Assembly: GCA_947364595.1 (NCBI GenBank)
Contig: CANATJ010000002.1
Location: 1 to 51,960, forward strand
DNA length: 51,960 nt
Reading direction: 5' to 3'
Source: an uncultured Bacillota bacterium
Lineage (GTDB): Bacteria; Bacillota_I; Bacilli_A; RF39; UBA660
Positions 19,235 through 27,321 of the stretch are shown here, piece after piece (position 1 is the first letter of the stretch; each line of letters opens with the position of its first letter). Below the pieces are notes generated by a model. The model did no database searches and had not been told where the DNA came from. It saw nothing but the letters and a program-made list of their open reading frames with translations. The position numbers and the translations under genes were made by a program.

Positions 19235-19312
19235 TATAAATAAAAACTCGAAACTTGAGTAGCAATAGAAAACGCCCTTGATAAAAGTGCGTTTTTATGT
19301 TATTATGAATAT

Positions 19313-19427
19313 GTCAAGGAAACTTGCATACAATAAAAAAGGGAACATTCAGTTTTGCTATGCTGAATGTCTACCCTAAATAATTAGTGAGACATTTAAT
19401 TCAATATAGAATTAAGTGTCATTTTTT
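19313..19427 (+). ncRNA. candidate roughly 115-nt sRNA, antisense to the 3' part of the small-peptide mRNA
   Basis: The promoter is TTGATA (19278-19283), a 17-nt spacer, then TGtTATTAT (19301-19306). There is an internal hairpin at 19341-19376. The terminator is a 12-bp stem at 19390-19419 followed by T7. Confidence 0.35.
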
Positions 19428-19514
19428 TATTGCTACTATCATAATGATAAGAAGGAATAAAATGATAGTAATGTATCGAAGAACTTTGATCACAAAGTTT
19501 CTTTTATTCATCAT
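19395..19514 (-). CDS. 39-aa hydrophobic peptide MMNKRNFVIKVLRYITIILFLLIIIDSSNKKMTLNSILN (candidate type I toxin)
   Basis: Below the ORF-track cutoff. A strong RBS gagaggagg lies 7 nt upstream. The peptide has a basic N-terminus, one TM helix and a polar tail. The minus-strand terminator is GGGTAGACATTCAG...CTGAATGTTCCC plus T6 (19376-19335). Confidence 0.4.
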
Positions 19515-19719
19515 TATCAAACCTCCTCTCTATAAGAGATTCGGTAGACACTCAGGTGACTGATATTCCCTATAAAAAGCATACTATTAAAATATATATA
19601 AAACAAGCGAACAAGGTAAATTTTGAATAAAAATTTAGTAATTCATGTTGTATTATTATTACCATATAAACAAAAAATTTAAGTAACAATATAAAACGAC
19701 TTAATAAAAGTCGTTTTCA

Positions 19720-20685
19720 TTATAATTTATTATGTAATTTTAAAAGTTCTATTAACATCTTGTCACGATATTCAGCTAATGATTCATCATCATTACCAAT
19801 TTCTTTAGGCCTATTTTTTAAAGCCTCTTCTACACCATCTCTAGCTACTGTTGCAAATTCATCTGGAAAACTTTTAAAGTCAGCCATATCATTAAGCCAT
19901 AAATTAATAGAAGGAGATAAATGTTTAATAAGACCATCAATATGGCCTTGTCCTCCTCCTAGTTCAAACACTAAAGAAGGTCCCATAATTCCCCATCTTA
20001 AACCAGGTCCAAAAGTAACCGCTTTATCAGCATCCTCTATAGAACATACACCACGCATAACTAAATCACAAACTTCGCGATATAAAGCCATTTGCAATCT
20101 ATTACAAATAAATCCTAAAGCTTCTTTTTGTAATACCACTGGTTCTTTACCAATTGATACATAAAAATATTTAGCTAAAGAAACAACATCTTGTGATGTT
20201 TTTTCACCTTTAGTAATTTCCACAAGCGGAATTAAATGTGGTGGATTATATGGGTGTGCCCCAATAAACCTTTCTGGATTTTTAGCATCCTTTGCAATTT
20301 CAGTAATTAAAAGTCCTGAAGTGGATGAAGCAATAATTGTATCCTCACTAGTATAATTTTCAATTTCCTTAACAAGATTCTTTTTAATCTCATAACTTTC
20401 TGGCGCTGATTCAATAATAAATTTAGCATCTTTAACTGCGGTTTGAATATCTTTAGTATAAGTAATTCTATTCATAATTTCTAAATATTCTTCCTCATTG
20501 CAAACATTATTTTTAATTAATTGTTTTAAACTAATGCCAATTCTATCCTTAGCCAAATTTAAAGCTTCATCATTAATATCATAAACAATAACATCTAATT
20601 TTTTTAAAGCCATATATAAAGCCCAACTATATCCAATAACACCTGAGCCTACACATGCAACTTGTTTAATATCTTTAACTTCCAT
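19720..20685 (-). CDS. 3-hydroxyacyl-CoA dehydrogenase family oxidoreductase (L-carnitine/L-gulonate dehydrogenase-like)
   Basis: Contains a Rossmann motif VACVGSGVIGYSWA and a C-terminal GPGLRWGIMGP segment. The start is MEVKDIKQV, preceded by RBS agggagg. Confidence 0.7.
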   Translation of the reverse strand: MEVKDIKQVACVGSGVIGYSWALYMALKKLDVIVYDINDEALNLAKDRIGISLKQLIKNNVCNEEEYLEIMNRITYTKDIQTAVKDAKFIIESAPESYEIKKNLVKEIENYTSEDTIIASSTSGLLITEIAKDAKNPERFIGAHPYNPPHLIPLVEITKGEKTSQDVVSLAKYFYVSIGKEPVVLQKEALGFICNRLQMALYREVCDLVMRGVCSIEDADKAVTFGPGLRWGIMGPSLVFELGGGQGHIDGLIKHLSPSINLWLNDMADFKSFPDEFATVARDGVEEALKNRPKEIGNDDESLAEYRDKMLIELLKLHNKL

Positions 20686-20789
20686 AATATACCTCCCTAT
20701 TATTAGTATAACCCAAATATTATTTAATAACAATTTTAAAAGCTATAAAAATTACAATTAAACACATAAAATGTAAAGAAAAAAATTAA

Positions 20790-21176
20790 CTAATCCTTAG
20801 TTAATTTTCCATCATATTCACTAATACCACCCATATCATAAACTCTTTTAAATCCCATGTTTTGAAGTAACATAGCTGCCACATGACTACGAGCTCCATT
20901 TTGACAATAAACTATTATATCTGATTTTTTATTATAATTAGCTCTAGATTCTATTTGATCATAAGGAATATTAATTGCTCCTTCAATATGACCAGTTTTA
21001 TATTCATCTGCACTTCTTACATCAATAACAATAGTTTCTTTCTTCTTTAAAAGCGCTGTTATATCATCCTTATCAGCATTAATTATTCTAGGTTTACTAA
21101 CACTACTTGTAGAGTTAACCAATATAATAGCTAAAATCAAAATTCCTATAAAAATACCAAACCATTTATTTTCCAT
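20790..21176 (-). CDS. membrane-anchored single-domain rhodanese (sulfurtransferase)
   Basis: An N-terminal TM segment is followed by VIDVRSADEYKTGHIEGAINIP and the active-site loop YCQNGARS. Confidence 0.75.
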   Translation of the reverse strand: MENKWFGIFIGILILAIILVNSTSSVSKPRIINADKDDITALLKKKETIVIDVRSADEYKTGHIEGAINIPYDQIESRANYNKKSDIIVYCQNGARSHVAAMLLQNMGFKRVYDMGGISEYDGKLTKD

Positions 21177-21284
21177 GTATATCACCCTAATTTAAGATTA
21201 ACAAAATAAAAAGTATTAGTCAACTTATAAAATATTTCTCTTTGTAAATATTAAAACTCAAACTTTAAAAAGTTTGAGCTTTAA

Positions 21285-22322
21285 TTATTTTAATAATCTT
21301 AATATATCATTATAAGTAATTAAAATCATAAGAGCCATAAGCAAAAATAAACCAATAGAATGAATCGTATTTTCAATTCTTGGATCAACTGGATGACCCT
21401 TAATCTTTTCAATCAATAAAAATAATATACGTCCACCATCAAATGCTGGTAAAGGAAGCAAATTAATAAATCCTACATTAATACTAATAAAAGCAGTTAA
21501 ACTGATTAATGACCAAAAGCCACTAGCCGCAGCATCACCAACCACACCAAAAATACCTACAGGTCCAGAAAGTGATCCTACACTTAACTTACCAGTTATC
21601 AAATAAAAAATAATTAATACCATTTGATGTAATAAACTAATTGTTTTAGAAAAGGCATACTTTAACGAAGCAAAAAATCCATGATTTACTTCATCATTAA
21701 TTGTAAAACCATATTTATAAACTTCATTACCATCTATTTTTACCTTTTTAGGTGATAGAGAAAATTCTTTTTCTTGACCATTTCTATCAACTAAAATTTT
21801 AATAGTTTTACCAGAATTAACTTGTAACTGTAAAGCTAAAGTATCACTATTAGAAGCTGATTTATTATTTACCTTTAAAATTCTATCGCCCGTTTTAAGC
21901 CCAGAATTATAAGCTGGATAATTAGAATCAATTTTACCCACATAACTTTTATTAGCTGGCGCCCCATTAAAAAGTGCGATAAAAAACAAAAGCACAATAG
22001 CCAAAATGAAATTATTCATAATACCAGCTATTACAGCCATAAACTTTTGTCCAAAAGTTTTACTACCAAATTTTTTATCTTTAGGAATACTCTTATCATC
22101 CTCTATCTCTTCGCCGGCCATTTGAACAAAACCACCGATAGGAATTAATCTAATTGAGTATTCAGTTTCATCATTTTTTCTTGTCCATTTAAATAATCTT
22201 GGCCCCATACCAATTGAAAATTCATAAACATATATACCAGCTTTCTTAGCAAATATAAAATGACCAAACTCATGAATTAAAACAATCGTACCTAAAACAA
22301 GTACAAAATATACTAATGTCAT
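21285..22322 (-). CDS. rseP: RIP site-2 metalloprotease RseP/RasP (M50, PDZ domain)
   Basis: Contains the HEFGHF motif at the N-terminus, a central PDZ domain and NLLPLPAFDGG. Confidence 0.9.
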   Translation of the reverse strand: MTLVYFVLVLGTIVLIHEFGHFIFAKKAGIYVYEFSIGMGPRLFKWTRKNDETEYSIRLIPIGGFVQMAGEEIEDDKSIPKDKKFGSKTFGQKFMAVIAGIMNNFILAIVLLFFIALFNGAPANKSYVGKIDSNYPAYNSGLKTGDRILKVNNKSASNSDTLALQLQVNSGKTIKILVDRNGQEKEFSLSPKKVKIDGNEVYKYGFTINDEVNHGFFASLKYAFSKTISLLHQMVLIIFYLITGKLSVGSLSGPVGIFGVVGDAAASGFWSLISLTAFISINVGFINLLPLPAFDGGRILFLLIEKIKGHPVDPRIENTIHSIGLFLLMALMILITYNDILRLLK

Positions 22323-22331
22323 ATTTCCTCC

Positions 22332-23132
22332 TTAAAATAATGATATAAAAAACATAAAACCTAAAACAACAAATATAATACTATCTAATCTGTCTAAAAT
22401 TCCACCGTGTCCTGGCATAATATTAGAAAAATCCTTTTTACCAAAATAACGTTTAATTGCTGAAAAAGTTAAATCACCAAATTGTCCTAAAATAGATAAA
22501 AAAGTACATACAGCTAAAAGTGTAATTTTAGAAAAATTTGGATCTATAACTGTATGATGAAACATAGCAGCCACAAATACTCCCATAATTGTTCCACCAA
22601 TCATACCTTCCCATGTTTTCTTAGGTGATATTTCTACAAGTAATTTATGCTTACCAATTAACAAACCTGTTACATAAGCAAAAATATCTGTCATCGTTGT
22701 AATTAATAGTAAGAATACTAAGTATTCAACACCCATATTTCTTACAATAATTAATAATGTCATTGAAATACTTAAAAACAATAAGCCACCTATAACATAA
22801 AAAGCATCATTAATACTATATTTCTTTGGATCATGATATAACACAGTTGGCAACAAAAATGCCATAAATAATGCTGCTAAAATTCGATAATCAAGTGCAA
22901 AAATCATCGAAGTTGTTTTAACATCAACTAAAACAATAAGTGTCATAAACACATAAGCCATAAATTGAATTAAAATTGGTAATTGCTTCTTAGTAGATTT
23001 AATATCCAAAAATTCCTTAAGCCCAAGTATTGCAATTACATAAACGCCTATATTAAAAGCCATCCCACCAGCCATAATAAGTGGTACCACAATTAATAAA
23101 GCCACAATTGCACTAATAATTCTAGTTTTCAT
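22332..23132 (-). CDS. cdsA: phosphatidate cytidylyltransferase
   Basis: Polytopic, with the C-terminal signature SAIKRYFGKKDFSNIMPGHGGILDRLDS. Confidence 0.9.
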   Translation of the reverse strand: MKTRIISAIVALLIVVPLIMAGGMAFNIGVYVIAILGLKEFLDIKSTKKQLPILIQFMAYVFMTLIVLVDVKTTSMIFALDYRILAALFMAFLLPTVLYHDPKKYSINDAFYVIGGLLFLSISMTLLIIVRNMGVEYLVFLLLITTMTDIFAYVTGLLIGKHKLLVEISPKKTWEGMIGGTIMGVFVAAMFHHTVIDPNFSKITLLAVCTFLSILGQFGDLTFSAIKRYFGKKDFSNIMPGHGGILDRLDSIIFVVLGFMFFISLF

Positions 23133-23309
23133 TTTTTCCCTCCAAATATACTATAATTAGAAATATATCCTATTTCTCTATATAACATTATAATATAATT
23201 TTAAACTTAAAACAATGTTAAAAGTGGTTAAATGTCATATATAACGTCCTTTCAGTATTATAATTTACACTTTTTTTTAAATAAAACAAAAAAGTATCCG
23301 TTTGGATAC

Positions 23310-24182
23310 TTAATTATTCATTTGTTTAGCTACTTCTTCAGCAAAGTTTTCTTCTCTTTTTTGCATACCTTCGCCAACTTCAAAACGATACATACCTTTA
23401 ATTACTCCACCGTTATTTTTAACGAAAGTTTTAACATCTACATCACTGTCTTTAACAAATGGTTGTTCTTCAAGACAAATTTCTTTAAAGAATTTTTTAA
23501 TTCTACCTTGAACCATTTTTTCAGCGATTTCTGCAGGTTTACCTTCATTCATAGCTTGTTCTTTTAAAACATTTTGTTCTTTTGCAACTACATCTTCTGG
23601 AACATCTACTACACTTACATATGTAGGTTTCATAGCTGCTGCATGCATAGCAACATCCTTAGCAACTGCTTGATCAGCATTTTCTACTACTATTAATACA
23701 GCAATTTTACCACCCATATGAATATATTCACCAAATGTTTCATTATCAGCTTTAACTACTCTTGAAAATCTTCTTAAACTTAATTTTTCACCAATTGTAG
23801 CTGTTTTAGCAACGATTAAATCATTAACTGTTCCTTCACCGCATGGTAATGCTAAAGCTTCTTCTAAAGTATTAACATCACTTTTAATAATAGCGTCTAA
23901 TACACATTTTACTAAATTTTGGAATTCCTCATTTTTTGCAACAAAATCAGTTTCTGAATTCATTTCTAAAATAACTGCATTATTTCCTTCAGTTAAAATA
24001 GCAGCAACACCTTCAGCAGCTATTCTATCAGCTTTTTTAGCAGCTTTAGAAATTCCTTTTTCTCTTAACCAATCAATTGATGCATCAATATTTCCATCAT
24101 TAGCTTCCAAAGCCTTCTTGCAATCAAGCATTCCAGCTCCAGTTTTTTCTCTTAGCTCTTTTACTAAACTAGCACTAATCAT
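23310..24182 (-). CDS. tsf: translation elongation factor Ts
   Basis: The N-terminus ISASLVKELREKTGAGMLDCKKAL is canonical. Confidence 0.95.
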   Translation of the reverse strand: MISASLVKELREKTGAGMLDCKKALEANDGNIDASIDWLREKGISKAAKKADRIAAEGVAAILTEGNNAVILEMNSETDFVAKNEEFQNLVKCVLDAIIKSDVNTLEEALALPCGEGTVNDLIVAKTATIGEKLSLRRFSRVVKADNETFGEYIHMGGKIAVLIVVENADQAVAKDVAMHAAAMKPTYVSVVDVPEDVVAKEQNVLKEQAMNEGKPAEIAEKMVQGRIKKFFKEICLEEQPFVKDSDVDVKTFVKNNGGVIKGMYRFEVGEGMQKREENFAEEVAKQMNN

Positions 24183-24245
24183 AATATTTTCCTCCTTATT
24201 TTATAATTTATTAAAAAAGATGATTATAAATAATCATCTTAATAA

Positions 24246-25256
24246 TTAACTTAAAGCTTCTATAAGTTCACTTTTTTTCATTGTAGAATATCCTTTGATT
24301 TCTTTAGATTTAGCTAATTCACGAAGTTCTGCAACAGTTTTTGTAGATAAATCTACAGTTTCGGCTTTTTTAGTTTCCGCTACTTTAACTTCTTTAGTTT
24401 GTCTAACTTCTTTTTTGGCTTCTACTTTTTCAGATGATTTATTATAAGGTTTTCTATCTCTACGATCGAATCTAGGTCTTCTGTCTTCTTTTCTCTTAAC
24501 AGTTTCTAAGGCTTTTTTCATAATTTCTTCGCCTTTTTCATCTTTACGATTGTCACTAACATAATCAACAACTTTTCCACCATTAGCTTCAACTACTGCA
24601 TTAGCCATAACTCCTACAATTAGTTTTACAGCTCTAATAGCATCATCGTTACCTGGGATTACATAGTCAACCGCATCTGGATCACAATTAGTATCAACAA
24701 TTCCAAATACAGGAATATTTAGTTTTCTTGCTTCTCTAATAGCGATTTCTTCTTTAGATGGATCTACAATAAACATTGCAGAAGGTAATTTGTACATATC
24801 TCTAATACCACATAATAATTTATTTAATTTGTCGTATTCTTTCTTAATATGAACAACTTCTTTTTTAGGTAATTTTTCAAAAGTACCATCTTTTTCCATC
24901 TTTTCGATTTGTTCTAATCTTTTAACTCTTCTTCTAATTGTTTTAAAGTTAGTTAAAGTTCCACCTAACCATCTTTCGTTTACATAAAATGAATCAGATC
25001 TCAAAGCTTCTTCTCTAATAGCTTCTGAAGCTTGTTTTCTAGTTCCAACAAATAAAACCTTTCCACCATTTGCAGCTATTTCCTTTAAAGCAGCATAAGC
25101 TTCTTCAATTTTCTTAGCTGATTTTTGTAAATCAATAATATAAATACCATCTCTTGCTGTAAAGATGTATTCCTTCATTTTAGGATTCCATCTTTTTGTT
25201 TGATGTCCAAAATGAACACCAGCTTCTAATAAATAACTCATTGACACAACTGCCAT
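24246..25256 (-). CDS. rpsB: 30S ribosomal protein S2 with a roughly 108-aa basic C-terminal extension ending in a Rho_N/SAP-like motif
   Basis: The core begins [27 protein letters not shown]. The tail contains ...[19 protein letters not shown]... and ends [30 protein letters not shown]. The start is the second ATG, 8 nt after aggagg. Confidence 0.9.
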   Translation of the reverse strand: MAVVSMSYLLEAGVHFGHQTKRWNPKMKEYIFTARDGIYIIDLQKSAKKIEEAYAALKEIAANGGKVLFVGTRKQASEAIREEALRSDSFYVNERWLGGTLTNFKTIRRRVKRLEQIEKMEKDGTFEKLPKKEVVHIKKEYDKLNKLLCGIRDMYKLPSAMFIVDPSKEEIAIREARKLNIPVFGIVDTNCDPDAVDYVIPGNDDAIRAVKLIVGVMANAVVEANGGKVVDYVSDNRKDEKGEEIMKKALETVKRKEDRRPRFDRRDRKPYNKSSEKVEAKKEVRQTKEVKVAETKKAETVDLSTKTVAELRELAKSKEIKGYSTMKKSELIEALS

Positions 25257-25424
25257 TTTCATTCCTCCTTTTGTTTTATCCTCTGAATACTTTAAAAATC
25301 ACACCACCCTTTGGCACTAGATGTGAAAATCCATATTCATGTGTTTTAAAAAAGCCAATAATATTATAACATAATTATATGTTATTGCAAGCAAATTTAT
25401 CCTCAAAAAGAAAAAAAGATAAGA

Positions 25425-26087
25425 TTATTTTACCTTATCTTTAGATTTATTATCTTTAACTATTACATAAAGTGTAGTTGCTGCAATAGCTACTACTCCT
25501 ACACCAACTGAAATAAATATTAATGAAGCTTCAGCTGCAGTTGCTGGTACCTTTACTACTTGTGGAGTTTCTTTCTTTGGTGCTGGAGTTGGTTTAGGTT
25601 TCTCAGGTGTTTTAGGTTCTTCAGGTGTTGGTTTAGGCTCTTCCACCTCAACTTTGTCTGTACCCTTACCACATTCTACTACTACGAAATGTCCGCCTTC
25701 TTGTTGAATTTGGAAACATGCATCGATATTATTAATTACGTCTTTTAACTCTGGTAAATCATACACTACTGTTACTGTTAAACAAGCACCTGGATCTACA
25801 TATCTTCCATCACCTAAATCATTAGCTAAATCTCCCAAACTACTTTTTAACATATCATCAAATAAATATAATCTTTGATCAGTATTATTAGTAAATTTAT
25901 ACTTATATGTGATTTGACCATATTTCCCTTTTGTTTTATCGTACGTTGAAATAATTTCAACTTTTACTCTTCCATTATAATAAGATGTATTATCAAATGG
26001 TTCTTCCGCCTTTACAGTTCCAAGACCAAATAAACAAACCAATAAAGTAGCTAAACATAATATAAACTTTTTACCTTTTTTCATCAT
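25425..26087 (-). CDS. secreted surface protein: signal peptide, roughly 120-aa beta-rich domain, Pro/Thr/Lys linker and a C-terminal sorting-signal-like anchor
   Basis: The signal peptide is MMKKGKKFILCLATLLVCLFGLGTVKA. The linker is EEPKPTPEEPKTPEKPKPTPAPKK. The anchor is VPATA followed by a hydrophobic helix and KDNKSKDKVK. Confidence 0.6.
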   Translation of the reverse strand: MMKKGKKFILCLATLLVCLFGLGTVKAEEPFDNTSYYNGRVKVEIISTYDKTKGKYGQITYKYKFTNNTDQRLYLFDDMLKSSLGDLANDLGDGRYVDPGACLTVTVVYDLPELKDVINNIDACFQIQQEGGHFVVVECGKGTDKVEVEEPKPTPEEPKTPEKPKPTPAPKKETPQVVKVPATAAEASLIFISVGVGVVAIAATTLYVIVKDNKSKDKVK

Positions 26088-26226
26088 TACACCCTCCTAT
26101 AATAAAATTATAACACAAAATGTTTAGAAAACAATAATTAACTATTTTACTTTACATAAATTTAACCTACTTTTATTTTAAACAAAAGTAAATAATTTTA
26201 TACAAAAACCTTTCTAAATAGAAAGG

Positions 26227-26664
26227 TTAATTTAATTTTTCTTTAATAGTTTTACTAACATATCCCATATCAGCTTTACCTTTAACCAAAGGAGTAACCA
26301 CTTTCATAATTTTTCCCATATCTTTTGGTGAAGTAGGATTTACTTCTTCAAAGGCTTTATCGATAATAACATTAATCTCATCTTCAGTTAATTGTTTTGG
26401 CATATATCCCATTAAAATTTCAATTTCACTATTTGTCATATCAATTAAATCTTGACGATTACCCTTTTCAAATTCCTTAATTGATTCTTTTCTAGTTTTA
26501 ATTTGTTTAGAAATAACATCAATTACCTCTTCATCAGTAAGTGGATGCTTTTTATTTAATTCCTCCATTTGCATAGCTCCTTTTACCATGCGAATAACTG
26601 TAAGAGTTTTTTTATCTTGAGCTTTCATCGCCATTTTTAAATCATCAAGTATTTTATCACGCAT
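26227..26664 (-). CDS. yqeY: GatB/YqeY domain protein
   Basis: 145 aa with the typical LKxAMKAxDK...RKESI..F pattern. It lies downstream of rpsU, as in Bacillus. Confidence 0.8.
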   Translation of the reverse strand: MRDKILDDLKMAMKAQDKKTLTVIRMVKGAMQMEELNKKHPLTDEEVIDVISKQIKTRKESIKEFEKGNRQDLIDMTNSEIEILMGYMPKQLTEDEINVIIDKAFEEVNPTSPKDMGKIMKVVTPLVKGKADMGYVSKTIKEKLN

Positions 26665-26706
26665 AAATTTTCTCCTCTTTCCAAAAGAAAGCCTATAAAA
26701 GGCTTT

Positions 26707-26907
26707 CTAATAATTATCTCTGAATTCTCTACGATTTCTTCTTCTTGTATTTTTAATGCCTTCTTTTTTAGCATTTCTTCTTTTAACTCCAGGTTTTAAA
26801 TAACCTTGAGTTCTTTCTTTTAACTTTGCACGGGAGCCATCTTTATCAACTTTTAAATTTCTAAGAGCACCTTCAACATTACCATTTCGAACTATTACCT
26901 TTGTCAT
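26707..26907 (-). CDS. rpsU: 30S ribosomal protein S21
   Basis: The translation is MTKVIVRNGNVEGALRNLK...KPGVKRRNAKKEGIKNTRRR. RBS gggaggg precedes the ATG at 26907. Confidence 0.9.
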   Translation of the reverse strand: MTKVIVRNGNVEGALRNLKVDKDGSRAKLKERTQGYLKPGVKRRNAKKEGIKNTRRRNRREFRDNY

Positions 26908-26980
26908 AAAAATCCCTCCCTTCTCAGCTAAAAACATTATAACACCAAAAGCATTGTTTTTCAACAAAAATTTACAAAAT

Positions 26981-27004
26981 AAAAAAAGCGGGTAAAAACC
27001 CACC
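26981..27004 (-). terminator. rho-independent terminator closing the bacteriocin-like operon
   Basis: The minus-strand RNA has stem GUGGGU-UUUU-ACCCGC followed by U7. Confidence 0.65.
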
Positions 27005-27017
27005 TTTTAAATAATGA

Positions 27018-27179
27018 TTAAAAGTCACATTGACGGTTAGAAGTAATTCTCCTAATAGCTGATCCAAGCATTCTACCAATATCAATTATTACAGATAATC
27101 CTTTAATAAATTCACCAACTAAAGAAGCCGTAATTGAACCTCCAGTTATTTTACATAAATCTTTATCCTCTAGTATCAT
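27018..27179 (-). CDS. double-glycine-leader peptide, 53 aa: MILEDKDLCKITGG|SITASLVGEFIKGLSVIIDIGRMLGSAIRRITSNRQCDF
   Basis: Below the ORF-track cutoff. The leader matches the PCAT consensus (L-7, I-4, GG). The mature part is amphipathic and cationic and contains GRMLG (GxxxG). Its ATG overlaps the upstream stop (ATGA). Confidence 0.7.
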   Translation of the reverse strand: MILEDKDLCKITGGSITASLVGEFIKGLSVIIDIGRMLGSAIRRITSNRQCDF

Positions 27180-27310
27180 TTTTTACACCCAGATGGATTT
27201 ACAAAACCATCAATAATACTTATTAAAAAAGCAATCGCCGAACCAATACCAATAAAAAGCCCATGACCTGACGCTTTAACCATCTTTAATTCATTAGTAG
27301 TTAACTCCAT
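27176..27310 (-). CDS. small hydrophobic peptide, 44 aa: MELTTNELKMVKASGHGLFIGIGSAIAFLISIIDGFVNPSGCKK (second bacteriocin peptide or immunity peptide)
   Basis: Below the ORF-track cutoff. RBS aaggagg lies 4 nt after the transporter stop. The leader-like NELKMVKASG has small residues in place of GG. It contains GxxxG-type motifs (GLFIG, GIGSA). Confidence 0.6.
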   Translation of the reverse strand: MELTTNELKMVKASGHGLFIGIGSAIAFLISIIDGFVNPSGCKK

Positions 27311-27321
27311 CTTACCTCCTT

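Noticed and set aside
19235-19720. Possible integrated mobile element or prophage remnant next to tRNA-Thr
   Set aside because: There is no integrase, no transposase and no direct repeat of the tRNA 3' end in the window. The gap is only about 480 bp and is occupied by the small peptide and sRNA pair.
25263-25424. Roughly 110-nt 5' UTR of rpsB, considered as an S2 autoregulatory leader
   Set aside because: I cannot match it to a known rpsB leader structure by eye. It may simply be an untranslated leader. An Infernal scan would be needed.
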